This document shows positions 29,468 through 39,264 of a stretch of 64,000 nt of DNA, one piece after another (the stretch's first letter is position 1; the number at the start of each line of letters is the position of its first letter). Source of the DNA: Candidatus Gottesmanbacteria bacterium. GTDB lineage: Bacteria; Patescibacteriota; Microgenomatia; UBA10105; UBA927. A program made the translations under genes and the position numbers. The stretch lies in contig JAHFKK010000001.1 of NCBI GenBank assembly GCA_023245335.1, forward strand, positions 683,282 to 747,281, given 5' to 3'. The notes beneath the pieces were generated by a model that saw only the letters and a list, made by a program, of their open reading frames with translations, was not told where the DNA came from and made no database searches.

Positions 29468-30097
29468 ATGCTCAAGATTCAGACGCTTCGTGTGGGAGAG
29501 CTTGCGACCAATTGCTATTTTGTTACAGACCCGATAACGCATGAGACCCTCGTCGTCGATCCCGCTGACGCGCCGGAATATATCAGTGATGTGTTAGAGC
29601 GGGAGTCACTTACTCCCATCGGTATCGTCGCGACGCACGGTCACTTCGACCACATACTCGGTGTGTTTGGTCTGGAGGTTATGTACAACATACCGTTCTA
29701 TCTACACCCCGATGATCTGTTTTTGGTCCGGCGGATGCAGGAGTCCGCGCGACACTTTCTGAAACGCAACAACATTGATCCCGCTCCTCGTATCACAAAT
29801 AACCTTGCGGAGGGTGCGGTCATAGAAATCGGCAAGGAGTCAGTGCGTATCCTCCATACTCCCGGACACACGCCCGGCTCTGTCGTCATACATATTCCGG
29901 CCGCATCGGCTTCCTTAGTCGGCGATTCGCTCTTTGCGGACGGCAGTGTCGGAAGAACGGATACCTCATATGGGGATAGTAAAGGGCTGACGCATGCGAT
30001 CGCGCGTATCGTTCAAACGCCGGGGGTGAAGATGCTGTATGCGGGTCACGGGGAACCGCTGTCCATCGATCGCGCAAAAGTCATGTTCAGCGTATAA
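29468..30097 (+). CDS. MBL-fold metallo-hydrolase (glyoxalase II-like)
   Basis: 'THGHFDH' metal-binding motif; 'HTPGHTPGS'. Confidence 0.75.
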   Translation: MLKIQTLRVGELATNCYFVTDPITHETLVVDPADAPEYISDVLERESLTPIGIVATHGHFDHILGVFGLEVMYNIPFYLHPDDLFLVRRMQESARHFLKRNNIDPAPRITNNLAEGAVIEIGKESVRILHTPGHTPGSVVIHIPAASASLVGDSLFADGSVGRTDTSYGDSKGLTHAIARIVQTPGVKMLYAGHGEPLSIDRAKVMFSV

Positions 30098-30104
30098 TAG
30101 TGTC

Positions 30105-30443
30105 ATGCTGGTCTGGATTGCACGCTGGTTTTTGAATGCGCTCGCTCTTTACCTTGTCTCCTTGATCGTGCCGGGGATTCATATTTTGAACTTCACGTCG
30201 GCTCTCGTGGGCGTTATCCTTATTGGTTTGGTAAATACGCTTCTGAAACCGATACTTTTTTTACTGACCTTGCCGATTACGATTATGACACTTGGGATTT
30301 TTAGTCTTATACTCAACGCCCTTCTGCTGCTTCTGGCCGGGTCCTTGATTTACGGATTCAGGGTAGAAGGTTTTGGCGCAGCATTTATCGGTTCTATCTT
30401 GTTTTCTATCGTTTCAATGATATTTCATGCACTCGTCAGATAA
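30105..30443 (+). CDS. Small 4-TM membrane protein, phage-holin-4/DUF360 (YvlD)-like
   Basis: 113 aa, four hydrophobic helices. TATAAT at 30093-30098 ends 7 nt before the ATG. The ORF track's longer N-terminus (from 30039) overlaps the MBL gene. Confidence 0.5.
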   Translation: MLVWIARWFLNALALYLVSLIVPGIHILNFTSALVGVILIGLVNTLLKPILFLLTLPITIMTLGIFSLILNALLLLLAGSLIYGFRVEGFGAAFIGSILFSIVSMIFHALVR

Positions 30444-30447
30444 CCAT

Positions 30448-31461
30448 ATGACATACAGCGTTGCGGCAGTTGATGATGAATCACAGTGGGAGTGGTTTGT
30501 GTTGCAAACGTCCCCGAATGCGCTGTTTCAGAGTTGGTTGTGGGGCGATGTGCAGAAGCGGATGGGAGCAAATGTCAGCCGGTACGGTATATTTGAAGGC
30601 AAAGTGCTTTGTGGCGTATTTCAGACGGTTGATGTACGGGCGCGTAGAGGCGCATTCCTTCATGTGCGGCACGGGCCGGTATTGGCAGCACCCACGGAAG
30701 CTCTTTGGCGCGCGACCTTCAATTTTCTCCGTCAAGAAGCAAACAAGCGAAATATGTGGTTTATACGCATGAATCCGGTTTTAGCAGATGCTCCTGACCT
30801 GCGACACATGTTTGCGGCCGAGGGCCTTCGACCCGCGGCAATACACCGTATGGACGGGGAGCAATGCTGGATTCTCGACTTGTCGCAAAGTGAAGAAGAA
30901 ATCCTTTCGGGTATGCGGAAGACGACCAGGTATGAGGTCAGGAGCGCGGCTAAAGAAGGTGTCGAGGTTTTTTCGACCACAAACCCCATACATCTAAAGG
31001 AGTTTTTCGCATTATACAAAGAGACATCGACCCGTCACGGGTTTGTGCCGCATAACGGCATACGTGAGGAATTTGAAGTATTCACCAAAAAAAATCAGGC
31101 GGTATTGTATTTGGGTAAAGTGGGCGGGAAAACCCGTTCTGCCGCGATTATCCTCTACTATGGGTATCAGGCTATCTATCATCATGGGGCTTCAGTTCCG
31201 TCGAAAGAGCCTGTCTCGTACGCCGTGCAGTGGGAAGCGATACGTGAAGCAAAGAAACGAGGTATGAAAGTGTACAATTTTTGGGGAATAGCTCCGGAAA
31301 ACAGTGCAAAGCACCCCTGGCGAGGAATAACGTTATTCAAAAAAGGTTTCGGTGGCCGTGAGATTAACTATATTCATGCGCATGACCTCCCGATTTCGCC
31401 CCTCTACATCCTTCCGCGTACTGTTGAGCTCGTGCGTAGGATGTCGCGGGGGTATGATTGA
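30448..31461 (+). CDS. FemAB-family aminoacyl-tRNA-dependent peptidoglycan peptidyltransferase
   Basis: 'FQSWLWGDVQK' FemAB N-terminal motif; ~335 aa GNAT-like duplicated fold length. The ATG at 30427 is also possible. Confidence 0.65.
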   Translation: MTYSVAAVDDESQWEWFVLQTSPNALFQSWLWGDVQKRMGANVSRYGIFEGKVLCGVFQTVDVRARRGAFLHVRHGPVLAAPTEALWRATFNFLRQEANKRNMWFIRMNPVLADAPDLRHMFAAEGLRPAAIHRMDGEQCWILDLSQSEEEILSGMRKTTRYEVRSAAKEGVEVFSTTNPIHLKEFFALYKETSTRHGFVPHNGIREEFEVFTKKNQAVLYLGKVGGKTRSAAIILYYGYQAIYHHGASVPSKEPVSYAVQWEAIREAKKRGMKVYNFWGIAPENSAKHPWRGITLFKKGFGGREINYIHAHDLPISPLYILPRTVELVRRMSRGYD

Positions 31462-31470
31462 TGGGTGAGT

Positions 31471-31499
31471 TTGAGTTTTCGGAACAGAGCTTTTATACT
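31471..31499 (+). promoter_or_regulatory. Candidate internal promoter TTGAGT-17-TATACT upstream of dgkA-mraY
   Basis: TTGAGT at 31471-31476 and TATACT at 31494-31499. GGAGAG SD follows before ATG 31514. Confidence 0.3.
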
Positions 31500-31513
31500 A
31501 GCTAGGAGAGCTT

Positions 31514-31888
31514 ATGGAAAAACTATTGCGGGGACACAGCATCTCTTTTCGGAACGCATTTTCCGGTCTTTGGTGGGCGCTCACTACCCAACCGAATTTC
31601 CGCGTACATATCCTTCTTACGATTGTCGCTCTTATTTTGGGTTGGTACTTGTCAATTTCTCCCGTAGAATGGGCGATTATCGTTTTTACCATAGTTCTCG
31701 GGCTCTCGGCGGAAATGATAAATACGGCATTGGAAGCTATGACGGATCTCATTACCACCGAGTGGCGTAAGGAAGCCAAAATTGCTAAAGATGTTTCCGC
31801 AGGGATGATGCTAACGGTAGCGGGCGGCGCTGTACTCGTTGCGCTCATCATCTTCGGGCCGAAACTATTGAGTCATTTCACCTTATAA
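31514..31888 (+). CDS. dgkA: Diacylglycerol kinase / undecaprenol kinase (DgkA family)
   Basis: 124 aa, 3 TM; 'FRNAFSGLWWAL' and 'SAEMINTALEAMTD' DgkA signatures. Confidence 0.7.
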   Translation: MEKLLRGHSISFRNAFSGLWWALTTQPNFRVHILLTIVALILGWYLSISPVEWAIIVFTIVLGLSAEMINTALEAMTDLITTEWRKEAKIAKDVSAGMMLTVAGGAVLVALIIFGPKLLSHFTL

Positions 31889-31893
31889 ATAGT

Positions 31894-32928
31894 ATGCAAA
31901 TTCTTTTGGGTTTAGTATTGCTTTCGTGGTTTTTCCATAGTCTTCTGTTTCTTCCGTTTATTCGGATTCTTTATCATATCCGACTACAGCGTTTACAACA
32001 GGTGACCCGCGATGTGTTTAATAAACGTACGCCCCTCTTTGACAAATTCCATCATCACAAAGCAGGAACGCCGGTCGGAGGAGGGCTTCTCATTATTCTC
32101 GTGACGACCGTTCTCTTCCCTATCGTTCTTCTCCTGATGCACTATTTTTGGCTGCCCATAACGGCCGTGTACCCGTTGGCCGGTGAGGTGAAAATACTGT
32201 TATTTACGTTTATTTCCTTCGGACTATTGGGGTTACTTGACGATGTCAAAAAAACGTTCGCATGGGTCAAGAACGACTTTTTGGGTCTTCGCCTGCGGCA
32301 TAAGCTCATCCTGGAAATTATCCTTGCCTCGATTATCGGTTTTTGGCTCATGAACGATCTCAAGATAAGTATTTTCCATATTCCGCATATGGGCGTATTT
32401 CAGCTGGGCTGGTGGTATATACCGTTCGCCGCATTTATCATTATCGCGTTTGCGAACGCGTTTAACATAACGGATGGGTTAGACGGGCTGTCGACAGGGG
32501 TACTTCTCATTTCGCTCTTTGCGTTTTGGTTTCTGTCGGCGTCCATCCTCGACACGGTCCTTTCTACGTTTATCGCTCTCTGGATCGGCGGCGTGTTAGC
32601 GTTTCTCTATTTTAATGTGCTGCCGTCACGCATTTTTTTGGGGGATGTCGGTGCATTATCTTTTGGCGCGACATTTGCCGTCGTCGGACTTATCTTAGGG
32701 AAAACGCCGGCGTTGGTTGTCATCGGCGGCATATTTGTCGTCGAGGTGGCATCGTCTCTTGTCCAACTCGTCTCAAAATCACTGACAGGGAAAAAAATAT
32801 TTGCCGCGGCCCCTTTACATTTATGGTTGCAGGTTAAGGGGTGGCAGGAGTCAAAAATCGTCATGCGATTTTGGATCATCGCGATCGTTTTGGCACTCTT
32901 TGGATTGTGGTTGGCACTTCTCGCATAA
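31894..32928 (+). CDS. mraY: Phospho-N-acetylmuramoyl-pentapeptide transferase MraY
   Basis: 'NAFNITDGLDGLSTG' and 'GDVGALSFGA' MraY motifs; 10 TM. Confidence 0.9.
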   Translation: MQILLGLVLLSWFFHSLLFLPFIRILYHIRLQRLQQVTRDVFNKRTPLFDKFHHHKAGTPVGGGLLIILVTTVLFPIVLLLMHYFWLPITAVYPLAGEVKILLFTFISFGLLGLLDDVKKTFAWVKNDFLGLRLRHKLILEIILASIIGFWLMNDLKISIFHIPHMGVFQLGWWYIPFAAFIIIAFANAFNITDGLDGLSTGVLLISLFAFWFLSASILDTVLSTFIALWIGGVLAFLYFNVLPSRIFLGDVGALSFGATFAVVGLILGKTPALVVIGGIFVVEVASSLVQLVSKSLTGKKIFAAAPLHLWLQVKGWQESKIVMRFWIIAIVLALFGLWLALLA

Positions 32929-32942
32929 AAGATATCTAGCCC

Positions 32943-34079
32943 ATGAAATTTACCTTCTGGAAGATGAGAAAAGCATCGGACAAAGGCAGAATCCGGCAGC
33001 CGAAATTGCCTACCGGAAGTGGTGACCGTTGGTTACTCATCGGTACGATCGTCCTTGCCGCTATCGGGATTCTTATGGTGTATGACTCGTCCGTCGCGAT
33101 AGCGATCCGGGACTTCGCCGATCCGTATCATTACGTGCGCGATCAGGTGAAATGGCTCGCCTTGGGATTTATCACCTTTGGCGTGTTATCCAACGTCTCG
33201 TATCAGGTATGGCGCAGATTCGCCGTGCCGGCGATTTTAGGAACCATGGCGCTTCTGGTCGCGGTATTTATACCGGGTTTCGGAGTACATGCGTTGGGCG
33301 CTCATCGGTGGCTCAATTTTGGTATATTTATTTTGCAGCCTGCGGAGCTTGCGAAATTAAGTCTCATTCTCTATCTCTCGGCATGGTTTTCGACCAAAGA
33401 GCGGGGACGGTTGGTGGCGTTTCTCCTGTTAGTCGGCATGATTGTCGGGCTGGTCATTTTGGAGCCGGACCTGGGGACGGCAATGACGTTACTCGCGACC
33501 GCCCTCGTGCTCTACTTTCTTTCCGGCGCCCCCATAGGCCATTTTTTGGCACTCCTCCCTTTGGTAGCAGTGGGAGGCGGGGCTTTAGCGGTCTTTGAGC
33601 CCTACCGGATGCGGCGCGTATTAACGTTTCTTCATCCGGAGGTCGATCCGCTCGGCGCCTCGTACCATATCCGACAGGTATTGCTTTCCTTAGGATCAGG
33701 AGGTTTTTTTGGTGTGGGACTCGGAAAATCGAGACAAAAATATGAATACTTGCCCGAAGCAAATACGGACTCGATATTTGCAATCATCGGGGAAGAAACC
33801 GGATTTGTCGGCACCATAGTTGTCATAGCGCTTTTTTTGTTTTTATTGTGGCGTTGTTTTCGGGTAGCCCGGAGAACCCAGGAGCCGTTTGGTAAATTAC
33901 TTGCGCTCGGTATCGGATCATGGATCGGCATACAGACATTTGTGAATATCGGTTCTATGGTGGCGGTTTTGCCCCTTACCGGAGTCCCGCTGCCGCTCAT
34001 ATCCTATGGAGGCTCAAACCTTGTCATTACGTTGGGCGCTCTCGGAATGATCTATAATGTGAGTAAGAAACACGCATGA
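32943..34079 (+). CDS. ftsW: Lipid II flippase/peptidoglycan polymerase FtsW (SEDS family)
   Basis: SEDS motifs 'LQPAELAKL' and 'TDSIFAIIGEETGFVG'. Sits in the mraY-ftsW-murG order. Confidence 0.85.
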   Translation: MKFTFWKMRKASDKGRIRQPKLPTGSGDRWLLIGTIVLAAIGILMVYDSSVAIAIRDFADPYHYVRDQVKWLALGFITFGVLSNVSYQVWRRFAVPAILGTMALLVAVFIPGFGVHALGAHRWLNFGIFILQPAELAKLSLILYLSAWFSTKERGRLVAFLLLVGMIVGLVILEPDLGTAMTLLATALVLYFLSGAPIGHFLALLPLVAVGGGALAVFEPYRMRRVLTFLHPEVDPLGASYHIRQVLLSLGSGGFFGVGLGKSRQKYEYLPEANTDSIFAIIGEETGFVGTIVVIALFLFLLWRCFRVARRTQEPFGKLLALGIGSWIGIQTFVNIGSMVAVLPLTGVPLPLISYGGSNLVITLGALGMIYNVSKKHA

Positions 34080-35200
34080 AAATCCACGATACGGTAAAGA
34101 AAAAAGTTATGGTGACGGGCGGGCACGTCACCCCCGCAATCGCGACCATCGATGCCCTCATGAAGAATCATCCTGAGTGGCAGATTGTGTTTGTCGGGCG
34201 AAAAACCGCATTGGAAGGCGACAGAACGCTTTCCGAAGAGTACCGTCTCATAAACGCCAAGCATATCAGATTTTTGTCAATTATCGCCGGCAGATTGAAA
34301 CGGGAGGGAGGAGTAAGGGCGTTTATTACGCTCATGAAGGTTCCGGTAGGATTTGTTCAGGCAGTATGGGATGTGCTCACCGAACGGCCGGACGTTATCG
34401 TTTCTTTTGGCGGGTATGTCGGGCTTCCGGTCGTTGCGGCCGGGTGGATTCTACGTGTCCCTATTGTCACCCACGAACAGACGCGGCGACCGGGTCTCGC
34501 GAATCGGATCATCTCACGATTTGCGACTCGTACATGCGTGAGTTTCCCTGGCGACACCGTCGGGCTACATGGAAATCTTATCTATACCGGATTGCCGCTT
34601 CGGGAGAGCGTACTTCATCCTCAACTCACATCGTCTATCACTTTACCAAAGAAAAAGCGGCCGCTTCTCTTGGTGGTAGGGGGCAGTACCGGAGCCCGGA
34701 GTATGAATACGATCATCTATGAAGCGCTTCCAGCTCTATTGCGTACGTTTACGGTCCTCCACCAGGTAGGACGTATTTCCGTCAATAAATCCATCGAAGT
34801 CAGAAGTAGTCTTATCGAAAATCGCGATCACTATATTCCGATCCCGTATCTATCCGAGGACGAGTATGCGTGGGTACTTCACCGGGCGAAGCTTGTTATC
34901 GGCAGGAGTGGCGCAAATACAGTTATGGAAATCGCCGTCGTCGGCAAGGTCGCGCTCTTTGTGCCGCTTCCGTGGTCAGCCGGGAATGAACAGTATTTTA
35001 ATGCATTATTTTTGAAAGAAGCAGGAAGCGCCGAAATACTTCCTCAAAAAGACCTGTCATTGAACGCACTTGTCCAAACGGTGACGAGAATGATGGATGA
35101 ATATGCGGATCGCGATCGACGGGCGGCCCTTCTTGCCGTGCAAGTTCCCCACGACGGGTCCTTAAAGCTGGTCCGGGTGATAGAAGAGCTCGTCCATTAA
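34076..35200 (+). CDS. murG: UDP-GlcNAc:lipid I N-acetylglucosaminyltransferase MurG
   Basis: 'VMVTGGHVTPAIATIDAL' N-terminal G-loop; C-terminal 'GRSGANTVMEIAVVGKVALFVPLP'. ATGA overlap with ftsW. Confidence 0.85.
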   Translation: MKIHDTVKKKVMVTGGHVTPAIATIDALMKNHPEWQIVFVGRKTALEGDRTLSEEYRLINAKHIRFLSIIAGRLKREGGVRAFITLMKVPVGFVQAVWDVLTERPDVIVSFGGYVGLPVVAAGWILRVPIVTHEQTRRPGLANRIISRFATRTCVSFPGDTVGLHGNLIYTGLPLRESVLHPQLTSSITLPKKKRPLLLVVGGSTGARSMNTIIYEALPALLRTFTVLHQVGRISVNKSIEVRSSLIENRDHYIPIPYLSEDEYAWVLHRAKLVIGRSGANTVMEIAVVGKVALFVPLPWSAGNEQYFNALFLKEAGSAEILPQKDLSLNALVQTVTRMMDEYADRDRRAALLAVQVPHDGSLKLVRVIEELVH

Positions 35201-35208
35201 CGAACACT

Positions 35209-35910
35209 ATGGCGTCACGACTCCATTCTTATACGATTAAGCGGACACTTCGCATCGTCGCGACGGTCGTGGGATCGCTCGCACTTGTTAGTGCTATCGC
35301 ATTTGCCTTTGTACGCGTATTTTCTATTTCCCGTGTCGAAGTGGATGGTCAGGGCATGTCTATAGAGCTCGATAAGGCAAAGCTGGGAGAAAATTTACTG
35401 TTTGTACCCACGGATCGCTTGAGGCATGACCTCCTTGCGGCATATCCGCTTCTTGGCGCGGTGCGATTTGAAAAACAGTATCCCGGAACACTGATCATTC
35501 ATCTCATCAAGCGGCAGCCATTTGCACTCCTGGTCTCCAGAGGTGCGACGTATGCGCTGGATGCAAGCGGGGTGGTTCTTGATAACGCCGTATCGACCGG
35601 CGCGTATCCTATCCTAGAGTTCGATGTCGGTTCGCTTGCGATAGGAAGTATCGTCCCGGATCCGCGCGTCAAGGCGAGTCTGGCGTTTTTGCAAGCGCTT
35701 CATGGGGTGCTTCCTATCGCGAGATTGGGGACACGAGATACCTCGTCCATACTTGCTGTTATGGAACATACAAACATATTTCTTCCTCAAACAGGAGATC
35801 TGCGCGCGAAAGCCGATACTTTACAAACAATTATAGAGGGGTTTAGAATAAAGGGTACACTGCCCACCGTGATTGATCTTCGTTTTCAAAAGCCGATCGT
35901 CACGAATTAA
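35209..35910 (+). CDS. ftsQ: Cell division protein FtsQ/DivIB (POTRA domain)
   Basis: N-terminal TM, then POTRA-like region; position between murG and ftsA. Confidence 0.65.
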   Translation: MASRLHSYTIKRTLRIVATVVGSLALVSAIAFAFVRVFSISRVEVDGQGMSIELDKAKLGENLLFVPTDRLRHDLLAAYPLLGAVRFEKQYPGTLIIHLIKRQPFALLVSRGATYALDASGVVLDNAVSTGAYPILEFDVGSLAIGSIVPDPRVKASLAFLQALHGVLPIARLGTRDTSSILAVMEHTNIFLPQTGDLRAKADTLQTIIEGFRIKGTLPTVIDLRFQKPIVTN

Positions 35911-35927
35911 TATTCAGAATAAGTGAT

Positions 35928-37226
35928 ATGGCACGCGATCGAGTCCTCTCCGCAATAGATATAGGATCTTCCAAAATTGTGACACTCATCGCCGCCATGA
36001 CGGACGAGGGAGAGGCGCGTATTATCGGCGTGTCCGCAAGTCCCAGCCGGGGACTCCGCAAAAGCCAGGTGGTGAATATTGAAGAAGCAACGGAAGCGAT
36101 ATCGGCTTCTCTGGAAGCCGCAGAGCGGATGGCGGGTACATCTGTTGCACAGGCATTTTTGAGCGTCGGCGGCGCACACATAGCATCCCTCAATTCCCAC
36201 GGAGTCGTCGCAGTCGCAGAGCCGGAAAAAGAAATCACGCAAACGGATGTGAGGAGAGTCATAGACGCCGCCAAAGCAGTGCAGCTGCCTACATCCCGCG
36301 ATATCCTGCATGTGTTGCCGCGGGGCTACATTGTGGATGGCCAGGAGGGTATCATGGATCCGATCGGCATGTCCGGCGTACGGCTTGAAGTGGAAACACA
36401 TTTGGTGACCGGCGGGTCGACGGCCATACGGAATCTCCACAAGTGCGTCGAAGAGTTGGGAGTAGAAGTGGTGGGTATTGCCTTCGGAGGTATGGCATCC
36501 GCACTTGCGACGTTGTCTGACACAGAAAAAGAATTAGGAGTTATTCTGGTCGACATCGGTGGCGGAACGACAGATGTCGCGATATTCGTCGAGGGCGCAC
36601 TTTCATATTCCTCCGTCATACCGGTCGGCGCGATCAATATAACCAAAGATTTAGCAGCGGGCCTACGGGTATCACTTGAAAGCGCGGAAAAGATCAAACT
36701 TCGTTTGGGCGAAGCTCCCAAACATCTGGCCGTACTAGAAGAAGAGAAGCCGAAATCAAAAACGGACAAGGAAGATGAAATCGACGTGTCGGATTTGGGA
36801 TTGCCCGAAGGTATGCGCACAATTTCCAGAAAAACATTAGTTGAAGGGATTATTAAACCCCGTTTGAACGAAATATTTACGATGGTCGGTTTGGAAATTA
36901 AGCGGAGCGGGTTTGGCGGCATGACACCATCCGGTATTGTCCTCACGGGTGGCGGTGCATTGACCGTCGGAGCTATAGAAGCTGCCCGGCGAAATCTCGC
37001 GATGCCCGTCCGGACCGGGGTGCCACAACACATTAACGGCCTTATCGATGAGATCATGACCCCGTCCTACGCGGCGAGCGTTGGACTCCTTCTGTGGGGA
37101 AATTCTTCCGGGAAAGGAGAATCTTCAGGCTCACTTTTTTCGGGGCTGGGGAAGATCGGGAGCACCGTACAGGTAAAGGGACTTGCCGGAAAGGTCGTTG
37201 ATCTGGTAAAGTCATTCTTGCCCTAA
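35928..37226 (+). CDS. ftsA: Cell division protein FtsA
   Basis: 'VLSAIDIGSSKIVTLIA' actin-fold phosphate-1 and 'VDIGGGTTDVAIF' phosphate-2 motifs. Confidence 0.85.
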   Translation: MARDRVLSAIDIGSSKIVTLIAAMTDEGEARIIGVSASPSRGLRKSQVVNIEEATEAISASLEAAERMAGTSVAQAFLSVGGAHIASLNSHGVVAVAEPEKEITQTDVRRVIDAAKAVQLPTSRDILHVLPRGYIVDGQEGIMDPIGMSGVRLEVETHLVTGGSTAIRNLHKCVEELGVEVVGIAFGGMASALATLSDTEKELGVILVDIGGGTTDVAIFVEGALSYSSVIPVGAINITKDLAAGLRVSLESAEKIKLRLGEAPKHLAVLEEEKPKSKTDKEDEIDVSDLGLPEGMRTISRKTLVEGIIKPRLNEIFTMVGLEIKRSGFGGMTPSGIVLTGGGALTVGAIEAARRNLAMPVRTGVPQHINGLIDEIMTPSYAASVGLLLWGNSSGKGESSGSLFSGLGKIGSTVQVKGLAGKVVDLVKSFLP

Positions 37227-37299
37227 ACATTTATCCTCTGTCCAAAATCTTCTGCCCGCATTTATTGCAATGCAACTGTCACAAAAAACGAAGTAACGT

Positions 37300-38469
37300 A
37301 TGTTAATCAAACCGGATATCGCGCGTTTTGCAAAAATTAAAGTCGTCGGCATCGGGGGCGGAGGCAGTAACGCCGTCAACTCGATGATCATCAATAACCA
37401 AATCAACGGTGTTGACTTCATCTCCGTGAATACCGACGCGCAGGCGCTTCTCCTTTCCCAGTCGCAGAATAAAATTCAGATCGGAGAAAACCTGACGCGG
37501 GGACTGGGAGCCGGCGGAAGTCCGGATATCGGTAAACAAGCAGCAGAAGAATCCCGAGAAAAGATCGCGGAATATCTTCGGGATTCCGATATGGTATTTC
37601 TGACCTGCGGGGAGGGCGGCGGCACCGGTACCGGCGCGACTCCCGTATTTGCAGAGATAGCCAAGGAACTGGGAGCGCTCACGGTTGCGGTCGTCACCAA
37701 GCCGTTTCATTTCGAAGGCACCCGCCGGATGGTAGCGGCAGAGGAAGGAATCGCAAATCTCAAAGATAAAGTAGATACGCTCATCGTCATCCCGAATCAG
37801 CGGTTACTGGAAGTCATAGACAAAAAAATGACGCTCATCGAAGCATTCCGCGTGACGGATTCGGTGTTGGGACAGGGAGTGCAGGGAATCTCCGACCTTA
37901 TAACCATGCCGGGACTCATCAACGTCGATTTTGCGGATGTCCGGACGATCATGACGAACGCCGGCTCCTCCCTCATGGGTATCGGTACCGGAGTCGGGGA
38001 GAATCGTGCATCAACCGCCGCGCGTACTGCTATTTCCTCTCCGCTTTTGGAAACGACGATCGAGGGGGCAAAGGGCGTTCTCTTCAATATCATCGGGGGC
38101 AATGACCTCACAATGGCAGAAGTCGATGAAGCCGCCAAACTAATTGCCGGGGCAGTCGATCCGGATGCCAACATCATTTTCGGCGCAACAATAGATGAGA
38201 AACTCGTTGATCAGATCAAAATCACCGTCATTGCAACGGGCTTTGATGAAACGAAGAGACGGTTACGCGAGCTCTCGGGCCGGCCGGTACAGGATAGCCG
38301 TTTTGGAGCACCGCGAGTAAATTCGTTTGGTAAGGCGCCCGTGCAACAGCCGGTACAGGATCCCATCCAGCGCCCGCCGACCCAACCGACATTCTCTCCT
38401 CAGGACGATGCCATACCTCCGGAAGAAGACGAATTCGATATCCCCGCATTTCTCAGGCAGAGGAGTTAG
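37300..38469 (+). CDS. ftsZ: Cell division GTPase FtsZ
   Basis: '[17 protein letters not shown]' and tubulin signature 'GGGTGTGA'. C-terminal conserved peptide '[10 protein letters not shown]'. Confidence 0.95.
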   Translation: MLIKPDIARFAKIKVVGIGGGGSNAVNSMIINNQINGVDFISVNTDAQALLLSQSQNKIQIGENLTRGLGAGGSPDIGKQAAEESREKIAEYLRDSDMVFLTCGEGGGTGTGATPVFAEIAKELGALTVAVVTKPFHFEGTRRMVAAEEGIANLKDKVDTLIVIPNQRLLEVIDKKMTLIEAFRVTDSVLGQGVQGISDLITMPGLINVDFADVRTIMTNAGSSLMGIGTGVGENRASTAARTAISSPLLETTIEGAKGVLFNIIGGNDLTMAEVDEAAKLIAGAVDPDANIIFGATIDEKLVDQIKITVIATGFDETKRRLRELSGRPVQDSRFGAPRVNSFGKAPVQQPVQDPIQRPPTQPTFSPQDDAIPPEEDEFDIPAFLRQRS

Positions 38470-38561
38470 GATAGAGCTTTTTAAACCGGCACCCTATTCC
38501 ATCCCAAAGACCAAAGTTGTACTATAAGCCCCACGTTACGGCGGCCGGTTATTATTCGTAT

Positions 38562-38960
38562 ATGTCAAAAGATATATTTTCCGGTATTAGAAATCGATTT
38601 CGTGATAACGAAGTATTAAAGCGTCGCAGGGCAACTCATGGTCACCAGATAGGGGCGTGGAATATAGATATAGGACCAATTGAGCCGGAAACCGGACTAG
38701 CGGCACTTCTCTATACAAAACGTCAGCGTATTCGTATTCAGGAGGGTCACCATAGAGTAACTGTCAATTTGAGAAACAACGATTTACCCTCGCTTATTCA
38801 GGCCAGCGAGGCGATAAAGCAATTAGCTAGGCTTCGTTCGAACTATACATCCGCTACAGATCCCACACGCTCACTCAAATTTAAGTCAGATATAGAAATG
38901 TTAACGAAGCAGTTACAATCGCTTGGCGTACGGTTGCCGGGGTGGGCAAAGTCGTTATAG
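38562..38960 (+). CDS. Hypothetical protein (132 aa)
   Basis: TATTAT at 38550-38555 ends 7 nt before ATG 38562. The ORF track extends it to a TTG at 38517. No recognisable domain. Confidence 0.4.
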   Translation: MSKDIFSGIRNRFRDNEVLKRRRATHGHQIGAWNIDIGPIEPETGLAALLYTKRQRIRIQEGHHRVTVNLRNNDLPSLIQASEAIKQLARLRSNYTSATDPTRSLKFKSDIEMLTKQLQSLGVRLPGWAKSL

Positions 38961-39004
38961 CGCCCAAAAAATCACGTTCAGGTAAATAAGGTTATAATAC
39001 GTAT

Positions 39005-39163
39005 ATGGACAGAGATAGCATATATCAGCTTTTGCAGACGGCGAAAAAAAAGGCGTGGTTGATGCTGCAGGATTCCTGGCCTTCCATATATACGATGATA
39101 AATGATTTCCTTTGGGGTGCTATAGGGTTTTTTAAAGATATATTTTCTTCGATTTTTAAATAG
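39005..39163 (+). CDS. Small ORF, 52 aa, hydrophobic/amphipathic C-terminus (MDRDSIYQLLQTAKKKAWLMLQDSWPSIYTMINDFLWGAIGFFKDIFSSIFK)
   Basis: Perfect TATAAT at 38993-38998 ending 7 nt before the ATG; TAG stop at 39161-39163. Not in the ORF track (<60 aa). Confidence 0.3.
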   Translation: MDRDSIYQLLQTAKKKAWLMLQDSWPSIYTMINDFLWGAIGFFKDIFSSIFK

Positions 39164-39264
39164 CTGTTTCCTGGTTGTCCGATAAACCCGCCTGTCTCTA
39201 TGCCAAAGAAGTAACTTTCTTGACTGGATCAACTCTCTCTGTTACATTCTGCCTAAAGATTCTT

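Noticed and set aside
36326-37057. 243-aa minus-strand ORF
   Set aside because: Antisense to ftsA; Pro/Ser/Thr-rich shadow ORF.
38978-39232. 84-aa minus-strand K/R-rich ORF
   Set aside because: Composition typical of a spurious reading of AT-rich DNA. The plus-strand 52-aa ORF with a perfect leaderless TATAAT is the better model. Neither is proven.
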